Of a stretch of 64,000 nucleotides of DNA, positions 13,616 through 27,068 are shown one piece after another. Numbering within the stretch: position 1 is the first letter of the stretch; each line of letters begins with the position of its first letter. The stretch is taken from the NCBI GenBank assembly GCA_951406725.2, contig OX597821.1, positions 28,024,001 through 28,088,000 on the forward strand, read 5' to 3'. Position numbers and translations under genes: made by a program. The stretch is from Octopus vulgaris. Taxonomy: Eukaryota. Under the pieces are notes generated by a model. It was not told the DNA's origin, made no database searches, and was given only the letters and a program-made list of their open reading frames with translations.

Positions 13616-14594
13616 TTTTTTCTTTTAACTCCATAAGAATAATTTCCTTCTAATCCTCCCATGTTTTCTGCTAGTCATTTTTCTAGAATACATAATTTTC
13701 CGTATATCTACCAGCATTTCCTATACTCTCTCGCTTCAGGAACTATTTGTGAAATAACTTAGTTTACAACTTCTTACATTTCCCTAACCGTGTTCGTGCG
13801 CACTAATGCACTGTGTTGCTTTGTTTATCTTATTTAAAATTGACCGACATTATTTTGTACTTCGCCCTTGAGATAAAGACTCACGAATATGTATCCATTA
13901 CGTCTCATTCACAAATTAACAGCCGTTTCATGAGATGGCTGTCAGCTCTTATGTGTGCATAATTAAGGACAAAATCAATTACCGATCTTATGAGTGGCCA
14001 CCATGTAGCATGTAGTAAAAACCATATAAGTAAATATTGATATGAATATATAATCATATAGATATATTTATAATTCAGGGTACTGAGGACCAGTACCTAC
14101 CCGCTAGAGGTAGACGTCAAAAGACTCTAAAAACCACTTCAAATTACACTCCATTAATATAAGGCTGAAACGGTGCAAATGAATAAAAGAGATTTGGTAA
14201 AATTTTGAGGCTAATTCTGGAACGTTCGATTTCTGGTTTAATAATACAAATTACTTTACCATCATCAGTAGAATATACCAGAAATTGTGAAAGAAACTCC
14301 GTATATTTGTAGTATACACCTTTAGAGGTCCTCTCATATAGACAGGTGGTGTATAAAAATACAGCAGACATATCTTAGCAGACAAGGATCACATGGTTGG
14401 TTGCCAGATCTACCAGGAAACGTGAGTTCAACATACTGCGCTCCGTGTGTGGAAGATGTCTGATGACTGCAAAAACACCAAATCTTGCTGCATACAATAT
14501 ATAGAAAAACAGTTCCTTTTGATAGTAATACAGCATCCATTGCTTATAATTATTTTTAATAGGCCAGCTGTCTAGTTGTGACATCAGTTATTGC

Positions 14595-14867
14595 ATGCAT
14601 GCATACATACATACATACATACATACATACATACATACATACATACATACATACACACAAACATACATACATACATGCATACATACATACATATATGTGT
14701 GTGTGTGTGTGTGTGGATGAGTGTGTATGCTCGCACGCACATACACAAACAGACAGACACACATATACACAAATAAGTAGAGAGATAGAGAGATCAAAAG
14801 AGCGACACAGAAAGACAGACAAACAGGCAGACAGAGATATAGAGACAGACAGACAGATTGAGAGATT

Positions 14868-14949
<82 letters not shown>

Positions 14950-14950
14950 C
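14595..14950. repeat. (TACA)n, (TG)n and (GATA)n compound microsatellite
   Basis: Direct reading. Confidence 0.95.
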
Positions 14951-17002
14951 AGGCAGAACTAGACAGACACATTTTGTGTTATGTGTAAATTTTTTTCACG
15001 TTCAAATATTGATAGTAATATAGAAACATTTTTTAAACTCTCTCTCTCTACTCAGTATTTGTGCTGTATGGTACATAGTAGGAATCAGATTCACCAACGT
15101 GAATCTAACTTGCTGAACGATTAATTTTCAATACTGCGAAGTTCACTTTTATGCATTTGGAATTGTGAATGCCATAAATTGATATCCTTTCCCAAAGCCA
15201 TCTCTCTATCAACGAATTTGGTGAACGAATCAAATGCAATGGATTACGGATGTCCGTAAAAAAAAGTTTATAATTTATAATGCATATGTGGCTATTATAC
15301 ATATACATGCTCAAATAACATATAGACAGACACGTAATGATATACACATACATTCATCCATATATACTTGTATGCATACAAATACACATTTGCAAATGCG
15401 TAGGTCGGTGCATTTGGGTGTAATTGTATCAGAGGTTTAAATATGTGTGTGCATGAGTAGGAGAACGAGAGAGAGAGAGACAGAGACAGAGACAGACAAA
15501 CAGAGAGAGAGACAGACTGACAGATAAACAGAGAGAGAGGCAGATTGAAGGAGAAACGGAAGACGTCTGGTAAAATTGAGAACAGCTCCTATTGTATTTA
15601 TTTGACAAAGACTTCTTTGAAGTTGATTTAATCTATACTTTGCGCCTATGTATTGTGAATTCCATTGTACCGTGATATAACAGCGCTGGCTTTCATAATA
15701 ACTAGCTCTTTTTGTCTACGAAATCTAACTCCAGGCTACCATTTAGTTTTGTTCATCGTACTAGAAAACCGATATATTTCTAAATGAAAAATTGCTTCCC
15801 CCTTAGCAGAAGTAATTAAAAACGATGTTTTATCAGAATAGATTTAAATAGTTCACTAACAGCGAAAATTGCTTAAACAAACACGTTCCGCCGCTGAAAC
15901 TTGACTGAAAGAAGTCAGTTTGAAAGCATGCAATCATGAAATACACCGCATGAGAAATCGCTGGGAGAGCTTGATCTTTTATCAAACATTCAAAGGACAG
16001 CTTTTTCGATATTTCTATAACAAAAAAGATATGACAAGAAAATGATATTAGATGCTACACACGTTGCATTCATTGGAAATGTTAGGCACGTGTAAAGTAT
16101 AATCTCAGAACTACGATGCCTTGTATAACGACGGCCATCTTTGAAAATAAATGAACAATGTAATATATCCATATATCTTCTGCATTTTGGCACCTAGTAG
16201 ACAATGAAACCAAAACACAGTTAAAGAACATCTATCACTACTTTCATAAGTCATTATTTAAATATGTAGTGAATATTCTAAACTGGAATCTAAAGCGAGA
16301 TTATGATCTATATTTTACAAAGCATAAAGGTAGTTTGAAACAATGTATGTGTGTAGTCAATGTGTGTGTGTGTGTGGTGTCTGTGTGCATGTATGTGTGT
16401 GTAAAAATTCTAACACCTACAAAAACACCGCTTCTTTCCTGTCTCAAGTTTTTTGTGTATAATGTCTGATATGATTATATAAACGTATGCGTGTATATTT
16501 GACTTCGTGTCTAGTGTACCAGTGTGTGTGTGTGTGTGTGTGTGTTCACTGCAATATTTGCTCTGTCTTATGACGTGATTGCTACATGTAGATAGAAATA
16601 CTTGTGTGTATAATTACATCTCTATATAACTGAAAGTAATTCTTGAAAATGTAACTGTCAGTATAAGCTATAAACACATTCAAATACACATATGCTAATG
16701 TGTGCAAGAGAAGGGCGGAGAGAGGGAGAGATAGAGAGGGCGTATGTGCGTATGGATTTGTATATGCATATGATCTAAAAATGCCTGCTAGTGTCTTTTA
16801 GAATACGTTTATTTGTCAGTGAGTAGCTTATATTCTGATGAATACCTTTCGAATATATACAAGGTGGTTAAGATATATAGGTTATTTAAAACAGAATGTT
16901 AGGTATTACAACATTACATTCTGTGTTACATACTTATTTCTCACATGGGTTTGAAACCGAAAATTATATTGAAGAAATGAGATTTTTGTTCATACATACC
17001 TT

Positions 17003-17158
17003 CTTTCAAATCCTGGCACAAGGGCAGCAATTTTGGTGGAGGGGTTACTCAATAGCATTCAACTCAGTACTCAACTGGTATTTATTTTATCGACGCCGAA
17101 AGGATGAAAGGCAAAGTCGATCCTGGTGCTATTTCAGCTCAGAACGTAGAGACGGAAA
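17003..17158 (-). mobile_element. Family D-related SINE fragment
   Basis: ctcaactggta.ttattttatcgacgccgaaaggatgaaaggcaaagtcga is the reverse complement of the family D core. Confidence 0.85.
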
Positions 17159-17475
17159 AATGGATGACGGTGATTAAAGGTCTGCTTAGTCTTCAACAGC
17201 TGAAAGGTAAACAAACACACATGGGACTGGGATTTATATATGTTGAATAACCTTTTTAGTAATGCTTACCTAGAGACATAACGAGAAAGTTATGTATAGA
17301 TTAGGAATCTTAACTCCTCCCACGAAGTCTTGTGACAAAACGTGAAATCAGTATGATATGATAGTGATGATAATTTTTTTAACTGTACATACCATCAATA
17401 AGGCCGGTGCATGAATGTGAAACCTGAAGAAATGCGTCATTATACTTTGCAATGATTTAGCTTAATATAGGTTTA

Positions 17476-17761
17476 ATATACTCATATACAATTCTACGTT
17501 GTTATATTACAGTAATGAGTGTTTTTTTCCGATGAAATGTGAAATCGTACCATCTGCTTAGATCATTACATATTTTCATTATTATATATGGCAGATAGAA
17601 CATATTTTGTATAGCGACTGCAATTAATACAACCTATCTACATATTATAGCCTTGTCGCAAACAGGGGAGACAGAACCTTCGTGGACGTCCAGCGATTTA
17701 TTTAAAGTAACATTTGAGAGAGCAGGTCGTGACACAATATGTATCACTGATTCTACCGAAG
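17476..17761 (+). repeat. Donor arm of an inverted duplication (copy at 18453-18741)
   Basis: About 285 bp that is nearly identical in reverse complement to 18453-18741. Confidence 0.97.
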
Positions 17762-18452
17762 CTTTGAATTCACGATATAACTCTGGGGAATATCCACTTG
17801 CACTAAGGTACTTTAAATAGTAGTTGTTTTCAATGAATTCATAGAAGATTCATCCTTTAAATCGATAGGGGATACATTTACTACAAGTCATTTAGACGGT
17901 ACTGTCAAATAAAAATCTCAAAATATTTCTCTACCCTAAAACATTTTAAACAATACTGCAACTGAAATACGAGCGTGAGTCAAAAATTATACACACTCCT
18001 GTTTTTTTCAAATCATATTCATAAAAGCAGAGGATAAACAAGTATATCATTTCTCTATATAGTCTCCTTCCGTTTCGATACACTTGGTCCAGCGATCCAC
18101 AAGCTTGCGTATATCCTCTAAGAAGGTTTTCGGTTGGTCATGCAACAATTTATGCACCGCTTTCCTCACAACTTCATCGACTTCGTAAACCATCTTTGAG
18201 CGGTCCAAAGATATGATTGTCGGAAGGGGCGAGATCTGGGCTGTAGTCAGAGTTTTCCAGCACCCCAAAACCAAATTGGTTAACGGTTTGAACTGTTTGA
18301 GTGGCCGTATGATGGCATGTATTGTCATGCAACAACAAAACTTACTTTGACATTAGGCATTGTTATTTGGTGCAAATTGCTGGCCAGCAAAGCACTATAT
18401 CTTGCACTGCTGATTGTACACGTCCTTCCCAGGTAGTCATCTACAACAGGCC

Positions 18453-18741
18453 CTTTGGTAGAATCAGTGATACATATTGTGTCACGACTTGCTCTCTCTC
18501 AAATGTTACTATAAATAAATCGCTGGACGTCCACGAAGGTTCTGTCTCCCCTGTTTGCGACAAGGCTATAATATGTAGATAGGTTGTATTACTTGTAGTC
18601 GCTATAAAAAATATATTCTATCTGCCATATATAATAATGAAAATATGTAATGATCTAAACAGATGGTACGTTTTCACATTTCATCGAAAAAAAAACACTC
18701 ATTACTGTAATATAACAATGTAGAATTGTATATGAGTATAT
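18453..18741 (-). repeat. Inverted copy of 17476-17761 inserted in the mariner transposase
   Basis: Direct reverse-complement match. Confidence 0.97.
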
Positions 18742-19080
18742 ACAAGAAGGTTTACTAACACCTTTCTCGCGGAAGGCTGTGTTGGAATTTCTTCATCTTT
18801 TGAATTCTACCTTATAATGGTGGACCCACGTTTGATATCCTGTGACTATTCCACTCAAATATTCCTCGCCCTCATTGTTGTAGCGATCAGGTAAACGTTG
18901 GCAGACCACAAGACGTTTGCGCTTGTGCTCTGCAGTAAGCTCTCTTCGCAACCATCTTGCACAGACTTTATGGAAACCTAGCTCATCGTGGATGATTTGA
19001 TAGACACAATCTTGTCTAATCTGCAGAGAACGGGCTACCACATCGATGATAACTCGCCGATTCCCCATTACCAACTCTGA

Positions 19081-19365
19081 GTGGAGGTACATGGCCTAGT
19101 GGTTAGAGCAGCGGACTCGCGGCCGAGGGATCGCGTGTTGGAATCTCAGACCGGGTGATGTTTGGGTTTATGAGCGAAAACATCTAAGCTCCACGCGGCT
19201 CCGGCAGAAGGTAATGGCGAACTTCTGCTGACTTTTCGCCACAACTTTCTCTCACACTTCCCTCCTGCACTTTGGAGCTCACCTGCGACGGACCTATACG
19301 CCAAGAAACCGGGAAACCGGCCCTTATGAGCCAGACATGGCTCGAGAAGGAACAAACATCATCAA
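19081..19365 (+). mobile_element. SINE with family C head and a different 3' tail, nested in the mariner
   Basis: gtggaggtacatggcctagtggttagagcagcggactcgcgg head; transposase sequence resumes on both sides. Confidence 0.9.
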
Positions 19366-19883
19366 CACTCGAGCTTGCTGGATCTTCTCGTTAGTGGTGC
19401 AGGGTGACGGGCGCCATGCTTCTTTTCGTGCGCCACGCTCTTCCGGCCACTTTAAAATTTTTTGATCCACTCATACACACTTCTACGCCGTAGTACACTG
19501 TTCCCGTATTGTGTTAAAAGCCTCCGATGAAGTTCAGCACCTGACAAACTTTCCGACCAGAGAAATCGTACCACTGCTCTTTGTTCTTCTATGGTGCTCA
19601 TTGCGAGTGGAGCAGCCATGCTTACACTGCAAAGCCAGAAATAAAAGTGGTGCGATCAGCCTCAAACCTCGATCACGTAATCACAATAGTACCAACTATA
19701 AGCACGCATGCGCAAAAGGCAGTGTGACAATGATAAAGATGTTATGGTGAGCGTGCGGATAATATTTGACTTCCCCTCGTAGCTATAGAACATGAAGGGT
19801 GTTTAAAATGGAAACCTTGATAAATCAAAACATATTTTATAAATAAGATGTTTTCTTGAAATACGTAACTATAATTTTTTACT

Positions 19884-20151
19884 CCATCATTATAAGGCAG
19901 AATTCAAATGATGAAGAAATTCCAACACAGTCTACCGCGAGAAAGGTGATACTAACCCTTTTGGGGACTCAGAAGGGATTGTAGTAGAAGACTACCTGGA
20001 AGGAGGTGTACAATAAGCAGTGCAAAGTATAGTGCTTTGCTGGCCAGCAATTTGCACCAAATATCAATGCCTAATGTCGAAGTAAGTTTTGTTGTTGCAC
20101 GACAATACATGCCATCATACTGCAACTCAAACCGTTGAAACCATTAACCAA
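19884..20151 (+). repeat. Inverted copy of the mariner middle region (18276-18450 joined to 18742-18823) without the 289-bp insert
   Basis: Reverse-complement match to both sides of the insert, read continuously through ...aaaggtgatactaacccttttggggactcagaagggattgtagtagaagactacc... Confidence 0.92.
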
Positions 20152-20353
20152 TAACTGATCTTTTCAAAAGAAAATAAATTGCGAACGAACACGAGGCTGC
20201 ACAGTACAAAATATTGTATGTATGAAACAAAACGATTTCGATGCAATGGGGAATGTACGCTATGTTCTAAGAAAGGTAGAAAACACTTAGGGCAACAGAG
20301 AATGTTTTCCACCAGAAACAAAATATTCTTTCCCTTCAGTGTAGAGCAACTCA

Positions 20354-20729
20354 TCTCTCTATATATAAACGGCAAAATGTCTGTCTGTGTGTGTATGTAT
20401 CCTTTATACAAATCCACAATTTTTCAGTTAGAGGGATCGCATTTTCTATGGTCATTCAAAACCGTCCAAGGGTGGTTGTGCACATCTTTACATTTCCCCA
20501 GTCCCCCTGCAAAGCCATTAAAAAATCAGTAGAAGTGACTATTTTGTGAATTTTCTATCCAAAACCCAATCAAAATGCCTGAAACTTGATACGCCAATTG
20601 AATGCCAGCTAGCTGTATGTGATTGGTAAGAGATTTGGACAGTACCCGCGTATATGTGCGCACGCATGCACGCAGCTGTATATGCATGCACTTGCACTAT
20701 GACCCGGCGTTGCCGGATCACAGTGCTAG
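20354..20729 (+). mobile_element. Non-autonomous Helitron
   Basis: 5' A|TCtctctatatataaac; 3' subterminal hairpin ccggc-gtt-gccgg about 10 nt before the terminal CTAG. Confidence 0.85.
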
Positions 20730-23082
20730 CTATTTATATTTATATTCATATATTAACTAATCCACAAAGAACACAACTTCCGATCATTTTTCAAAAGATT
20801 CGTGATTTTAGTTAATGTTAAAGTAAATAACACTCATATTTATTAATTGCTGATATAAGGATAAGAATTCTCATACAGTGAGTTATTAATGGCACACTAC
20901 TCAAATGGAAAATCTCATCATTTAGATTTGAACAGTTGTAGAAGGTAAGAGCTTCTATCATAAATTACATCCTTATAATAGCTATCGAAATGCTAATGAA
21001 CTGTGTGCTTTGTGACCTAGTTCTAACATACATTGAGTGATGTGAAACTTAATATTTAGCACCTTGTTGCAAAAGAATCTAAATGATATAGCACCTGATG
21101 TTGCATTATATTATTAAATATTCTTTAGAATATTTAATAAAGACTGCTAGATACAATTTGGTTACTAACAATATTATACAAGACTGCACGTCGTTTGTAC
21201 TTTTCCCTTTTTGCTTATATTAGGAGCATTAATGCGTACGAGAAAGAACTATTGAGAACCATTAATGCAAAATGTCGCATTAGCTCAATGGATATTCACA
21301 ACATGCTTTTCTTTATTCCAATTTTCCGTCTTGAAAATCAATAAACTTAAGTTAACATGTCTTTTCTCGTAGATGTAAGATAGTCGAGTGCCTATGAAAC
21401 TGGCCTACTTGCTCAGTTATCGTGAATTTGTAATTGTGTGGCGTTCAAGTAATTGTATGTATGGACAAAAATATGTGCAAGCTATTGTCAAACTCATCTG
21501 ATGTTCATAAATCGTTTGATAAAATTTGTGGTAATACGTTGGAACCAGAAATAAATAAATGCATCTGCAACACGAGTAATTCTCGTTTACATGCTTGAAA
21601 TTAAACGTAGGTTTGCATACACTGTTACATTTCTTAGGAATCAGTTACATTGAGCTATTTACATATACTTGCAGTCACAGTGGAAACATTAAGAAAATGC
21701 ATTCTGAAAGCCTTTGACAAACGATTAAAACGTATTAATAAAACATCGTTATGAACTCAATGTGAAATGTGTGAGGGATATTTGTTTCTGTTTTAGCTTT
21801 GCGAACATAATTTATATGCGTCTTGGAAAAGAGAGTAGATGGAAGATCCAACTGTGGAGTCGTTGAAGTTTAAATCGATCAGTTAAAAATAACACCCAAA
21901 TATCATTCCATTGATATTCTGGCGTCGGTCTTATACACTCAATGTCTATAAACAAATGGTAGGTTCGATGGAACATCTTTACTAATAAATCTTCCTGGCT
22001 GGCTCGAATTTGGGGATTGAAAACAGCAAATCTCAGATAAAAACGCTGCTAGTTTGTTGCTATTACTACATTTGCTAAATATGAAATAAGACGACTGTAT
22101 CTTTGATTGTACCAGGATCTGAACGCGAAATTTTGAAGTTACATTAATGGATATTTTATGCAGTGTGCTATATTATTTGCAAAACGCAGTTATCCTTATC
22201 TATCTCAAATTATCAGTATATCTTATATGTACCGAACAGAAAATATATAAAACCAAAGGAAAAATCTTGTCGAACATACAACACATGTGTTGTTTGGATT
22301 TCTACCAGAAACTATTTAATTTGCTATTACCAAAATTTATTCTGTCAGATATGGAAGCGGTAAAGCTGAATAACTAGTGAAATATGTCTAATCAACTTAG
22401 TATTTGAACGCATTACTTTTATTTTTTTTATTTTTGATGAGAAAGAGCAAGTGATTGGATTGGATTGTTACGTACGAATGCATCTTATATTTGTTTATAG
22501 GTAACATTAACCTGTCTTTCTAGCTGATATGTAATACGAAGATTACCCTCTTATCTAGTTATCTCTACTGCTGTCTTTCCTTAAGACAAGTCTGAATTTA
22601 ATACTGTTATTTGTGGTACAACAATCTGAACGTTCTCTTTTCCTAGTTTGGCAGCATTCCACAGAGAGAATAATATTAATCAACTCGCAATTCGATAGAT
22701 TGCTGTAATTAAAGTAACGTCATTATTTGTCAAATTGTACAAATGCAAATCGATACTTATAGAAATCCTATCGTTATATTGCCTGTAGTTATTTTCTATT
22801 TAAACACATATTATCGTTGCCAAAACTTCGTAAATGGATGCCTTCCAAGAATCCGGAATAGTTGCCATAAAGTTACTTATACTCACACCCTTAAATAGAT
22901 ATAAATGTAACGATTTCGACTTTCTGTTTCTAATATTACCTACATAACCAACACATGCACTAATGCACCGTCGTAAATTTTCTCAGAAAAAGACAGATGT
23001 ATCAAATGAAAGCGACACCACTCTTGACATACAGAGTACCAGTATAACCAAGGAAATGCGAATAAGCTCATGCCAGTGCGCA

Positions 23083-23129
<47 letters not shown>

Positions 23130-23228
23130 GCCCAAACATACTCACGAGCATAAGAAAACACTAGCACACACGCACACACACAATAATCTCTCTCTCAATA
23201 TATATATATATATTTGTATATATATATA

Positions 23229-23428
23229 TTTCTTTATTGCCCACAAGGGGCACAAACAAAGACAGACAAAGGGATTAAGTCGATTACATCGGCCCCAGTG
23301 CGCAACTAGTTCTTTATTTATCGATCCGAAAGGATGAAATGCAAAGTCGACCTCGGCGGAATTTGAACGCAGAACGTAACGGCAGACGAAATCAGGCTAC
23401 GCATTTCGCCCGGCGTGCTAACGATTCT
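23229..23428 (-). mobile_element. SINE family D, tail abutting a (TA)-rich tract
   Basis: Reverse complement of the 11158 copy; 5' end cut where the family A copy begins. Confidence 0.92.
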
Positions 23429-23429
23429 A

Positions 23430-23591
23430 GGCGTAGGAGTAGCTGTGTGGTAAGTAGCTTGCTTAACAACCACATGATTCCGGGTTCAGTCTCACTGCGT
23501 GGAACCTTTGGTAAGTGGCTTCTACTATAGCCTCACGCCGACCAAAGCCTTGTGAGTGGATTTGTTAGACGGAAACTGAAAGAAGCCCGTC

Positions 23592-23637
<46 letters not shown>

Positions 23638-23853
23638 GTTGTGACCTTGTTTGTCCCTCCCCCACATCACTTGACAACCGATGCTGGTGTGTTTACGTCC
23701 CCGTAACATAGCGGTTCGGCAAAAGAGACCGATAGAATAAGTACAAGTCGCAAAGAATAAGTCCTGGAGTCGATTTGATCGATTAAAGGCGGTGCTCCAT
23801 CATGACAACAGTCAATTGACTGAAACGAGTAAAAGAGTGAAAGAGTAAGAGTA
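23430..23853 (+). mobile_element. SINE family A, full length, with internal microsatellite
   Basis: Head ggcgtaggagt.gctgtgtggtaag, B-box-like GGTTCAGTC, CORE-like acctt.gg.aagtg, internal (TA)n, tail aaagagt repeats. Confidence 0.93.
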
Positions 23854-24129
23854 TATATATACATATATATATATATTATGTGTCTGTGTGTGTATGTACA
23901 CATACATACACACACATGCTAATATATAATACTTATACACAGCAGTTTCAGAAATATAAACAACTACCACGGTACGCATACATTTAGAGGCGTCTTTGAT
24001 TTATTATTTTAATAATTTCATTCATTGGACTTTGTACACACTCACTCCTTCAACACACTCATATTCGTATACCTATGTGTGTGTGCGTCTATATATAATA
24101 CACATACACACACACACACACACATATAA

Positions 24130-24182
<53 letters not shown>

Positions 24183-24703
24183 CACTATATCCGTGCATGT
24201 ATATTTGTGAATACTTATGTATCTGTATATGTGTGTTTTAGTGTACATAAGTGTTCAGATATACATCTATACACCTGTCTGTTGACCTATCTATCAATCA
24301 ATGTACATATGTGTGTCTGCTTGTGGGTATATAGGCTGAAAATTCATTTCATTTTCACAATTTCATGGTGCAGTGAACGTAATGACAAATTTTGTGCTGG
24401 TGTCAAAATATGGTTTTAATATGCAAACGTCATTTCGCAGCAGTAAAAGTTGATAAATGCGCATCTAACTAATTTCTGAATGGGTATATGTTATGTACAA
24501 ATGATAAGTCTTGAAAATTATATACGTACTTGTACAAAAGTCTTCATGTGTATGAGGTGTGTGCTTCGAGAAGGTTTTGTTGATTTTTTTCGACAATTTG
24601 ATGTCTGCTAAACATCAATAAATGAATGAAAATATTTAGATATAATTCATAGCTTACACCTTGTTTATAATTCACTCCCCCACGCATACATAGATACATA
24701 GAT

Positions 24704-24930
<227 letters not shown>

Positions 24931-25084
24931 CGCTAGTTGAAATAAACATATTTCAACGGCAAATAAACTGTAGTTACGGTGGAGAAAAATTCCGAGTGAA
25001 AACACCCAGTTCGTTCGGAGTTACCATCTGTGAGGAATCTCAGACGTCGATAGCTAAATATATATATATATGAGCTTAATTCGT

Positions 25085-25430
25085 CTAGTCGAAAGACGCC
25101 TGTTTTAGATGTCCTGTTATTGTTATTTTATTATCATTATTGTTTCTACGTATTATTGTAATTGCTTTTACGTATTATTTTTGTATTCATATTCGTGTAA
25201 CATCGTCCGTTTTTCCGTCCTTGTTTTGTATACATTCGAAACTTTCTTTCAAGGAATCTAATGCGCTTGGCTTAGTTTTTCCTTGGGGCTGGCCAGATTG
25301 GATCAATCTCAAGATTAATCAGCAGAAATTGCGACGATGATCCGGTTCTTGACTGAAGATTGAAGGCTTCGAATGTCCCGTCCGTGTTTTTTGTATCCTC
25401 TCCTAAATGTTTTCCGTTCTTATCCCAGTT
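25085..25430 (+). mobile_element. Short microsatellite-flanked repeat module, probably a PLE terminal-repeat remnant
   Basis: The 3' part (gaaattgc...cttgactga.ga...tttgtatc...atgtttt.cgttctt.tccca) matches 60420-60517 in reverse complement; both end at (TA)-rich tracts. Confidence 0.55.
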
Positions 25431-25622
25431 TATATATATATATATAAAACTCATATTGTACTCTACTATTCTTTTCTATTTAACTCTCTCAACTCGTCTC
25501 TTGTGATGGGATAACTTTTGTGTCTCTGAAACAGTTGTTTGGCGATCTTTCTCTCTATAAATGTCCTTGAAATTTAACACTGCTTTGGCTTTGTTGTCTC
25601 AATAAATTCAACACGTACACAC

Positions 25623-25666
<44 letters not shown>

Positions 25667-25820
25667 TAAACACACGCACATATATTCATATATACACACA
25701 TAATATATATGTGTTGATATAAGTATATGTATGTATATATATATATTAAACACACGCACACATATTCATATATAAAGATATATATATATACATATATGTA
25801 CATATATATGTGTATATATT

Positions 25821-25981
25821 CAGTGGTTGTGTGGTAGGTAGATGGTTACCAACCACATGGTCTCCGGTTCACTCCTACCGCGCGGCATCTTGGGCAAGTC
25901 CCTTCTACTCAGGCCGACCAAAGTGTTTTGAGTGGATTCGGTAGAGGGAAACTGAAAGAAGCCCGTCGTATATATATATAA

Positions 25982-26065
<84 letters not shown>

Positions 26066-26265
26066 ATGTGTTTGAATTTGTCCTCCCAACATCGCTTGAC
26101 AACTGATGCTGATGTGTTTACGTCCCCGTCATCTAGCAGTTCGGCGAAAGCGAACAATAGAACAAGTGCTGGGCTTACAAAGAATAAGTCCTGGGGCTGG
26201 TTTGCTCGACTAAAGCTTATGCACCAGCATGGCCGCAGTTAAATTATTGAAACAAAAATAAGAAT
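25821..26265 (+). mobile_element. SINE family A with expanded internal (TG)n
   Basis: Colinear with the 23430 and 40471 copies. Confidence 0.9.
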
Positions 26266-26419
26266 ATATATATATATAATTGTACATTAATAATAAAATG
26301 GTAAAATTAATCAATTTATTTAATTAATTAATTAATCAATTAGTAATTTTACCAAGTAGATCGGTACGTTAAAATAAACTTTATAGGTAAAATTATACAA
26401 ATATTTAATAATTATCAAC

Positions 26420-26611
26420 ATAATTTTAATTAGGTTTCAGCTAATTGCTTCCACACATACCAAATTTAGAAATAGGAGTTAAAAATTCCTTTTCTACTAA
26501 TGTAAAAAAATGTGTTACTGTCATGGAGATTTTTACAGTAGTAGAAAAGGAATGTTTAACTCCTCTTTCTAAATTCGGTGTGTTGAAGCAATTAGCTGAA
26601 CCCTAATTATG

Positions 26612-26616
<5 letters not shown>
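26420..26616. repeat. About 195-bp fold-back inverted repeat next to (TA)n
   Basis: taattaggtttcagctaattgcttc...aaatttagaaataggagttaaaaattccttttctacta.tgtaaaaa is mirrored in 26530-26616. Confidence 0.93.
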
Positions 26617-26642
<26 letters not shown>

Positions 26643-26644
26643 GC

Positions 26645-26727
<83 letters not shown>

Positions 26728-26728
26728 T

Positions 26729-27023
26729 GTGGAGGCAATGGCCCAGTGGTTAGGGCAGCGGACTCGCAGTCATAGGATCGCGGTTTTGATTCCCAGACAG
26801 GGCGTTGTGAGTGTTTATTGAGGGAAAACACCTAACGCTTCACGACAGGGGGTGTTAGCGGTCCCTGCTGTACTCTTTCGCAACTTTCTCTCACTCTTTC
26901 TTCTGTTGGCCTGCTCGCTTAGCCCGTGGGGTGGCGTCATTTGAAGGCTAAAACAACGCGAAGCGCATTGTGAGCAGCGATGTGTAGCAACATCTGATAG
27001 CCTGGTCGGTCACGGTGGCCACG

Positions 27024-27028
<5 letters not shown>
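26729..27028 (+). mobile_element. SINE family C, full length, between (TG)n and (TA)n
   Basis: A box TGGCCCAGTGG and B-box-like GTTTTGATTCC; colinear with 9797. Confidence 0.92.

Positions 27029-27068
<40 letters not shown>

Larger units (their letters stand above)
18047..19620 (-). pseudogene. Mariner transposase pseudogene (fragments about 18047-18450, 18742-19080, 19366-19620)
   Basis: IIHDELGFHKVCARWLRREL (WVPREL-like), IVTGYQTWVHHY (VTGDETW-like), YSPDLAPSD readable at about 18219-18245, C-terminal KLVDRWTKCIETEGDYIEK; frameshifts and stops. Confidence 0.92.
17970..19779 (-). mobile_element. Tc1/mariner DNA transposon, both ends present, decayed, with two internal insertions
   Basis: TIRs TA|cgagcgtgagtcaaaaattatacacac and gtgcggataatatttgacttcccctcg|TA with TA flanks; transposase remnants on the minus strand. 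Confidence 0.93.

Noticed and set aside
15990-16193. Minus-strand ORF after an acceptor-like ttcattgtctactag
   Set aside because: No recognisable protein, no clear donor and no linkage to other exons; could be chance.
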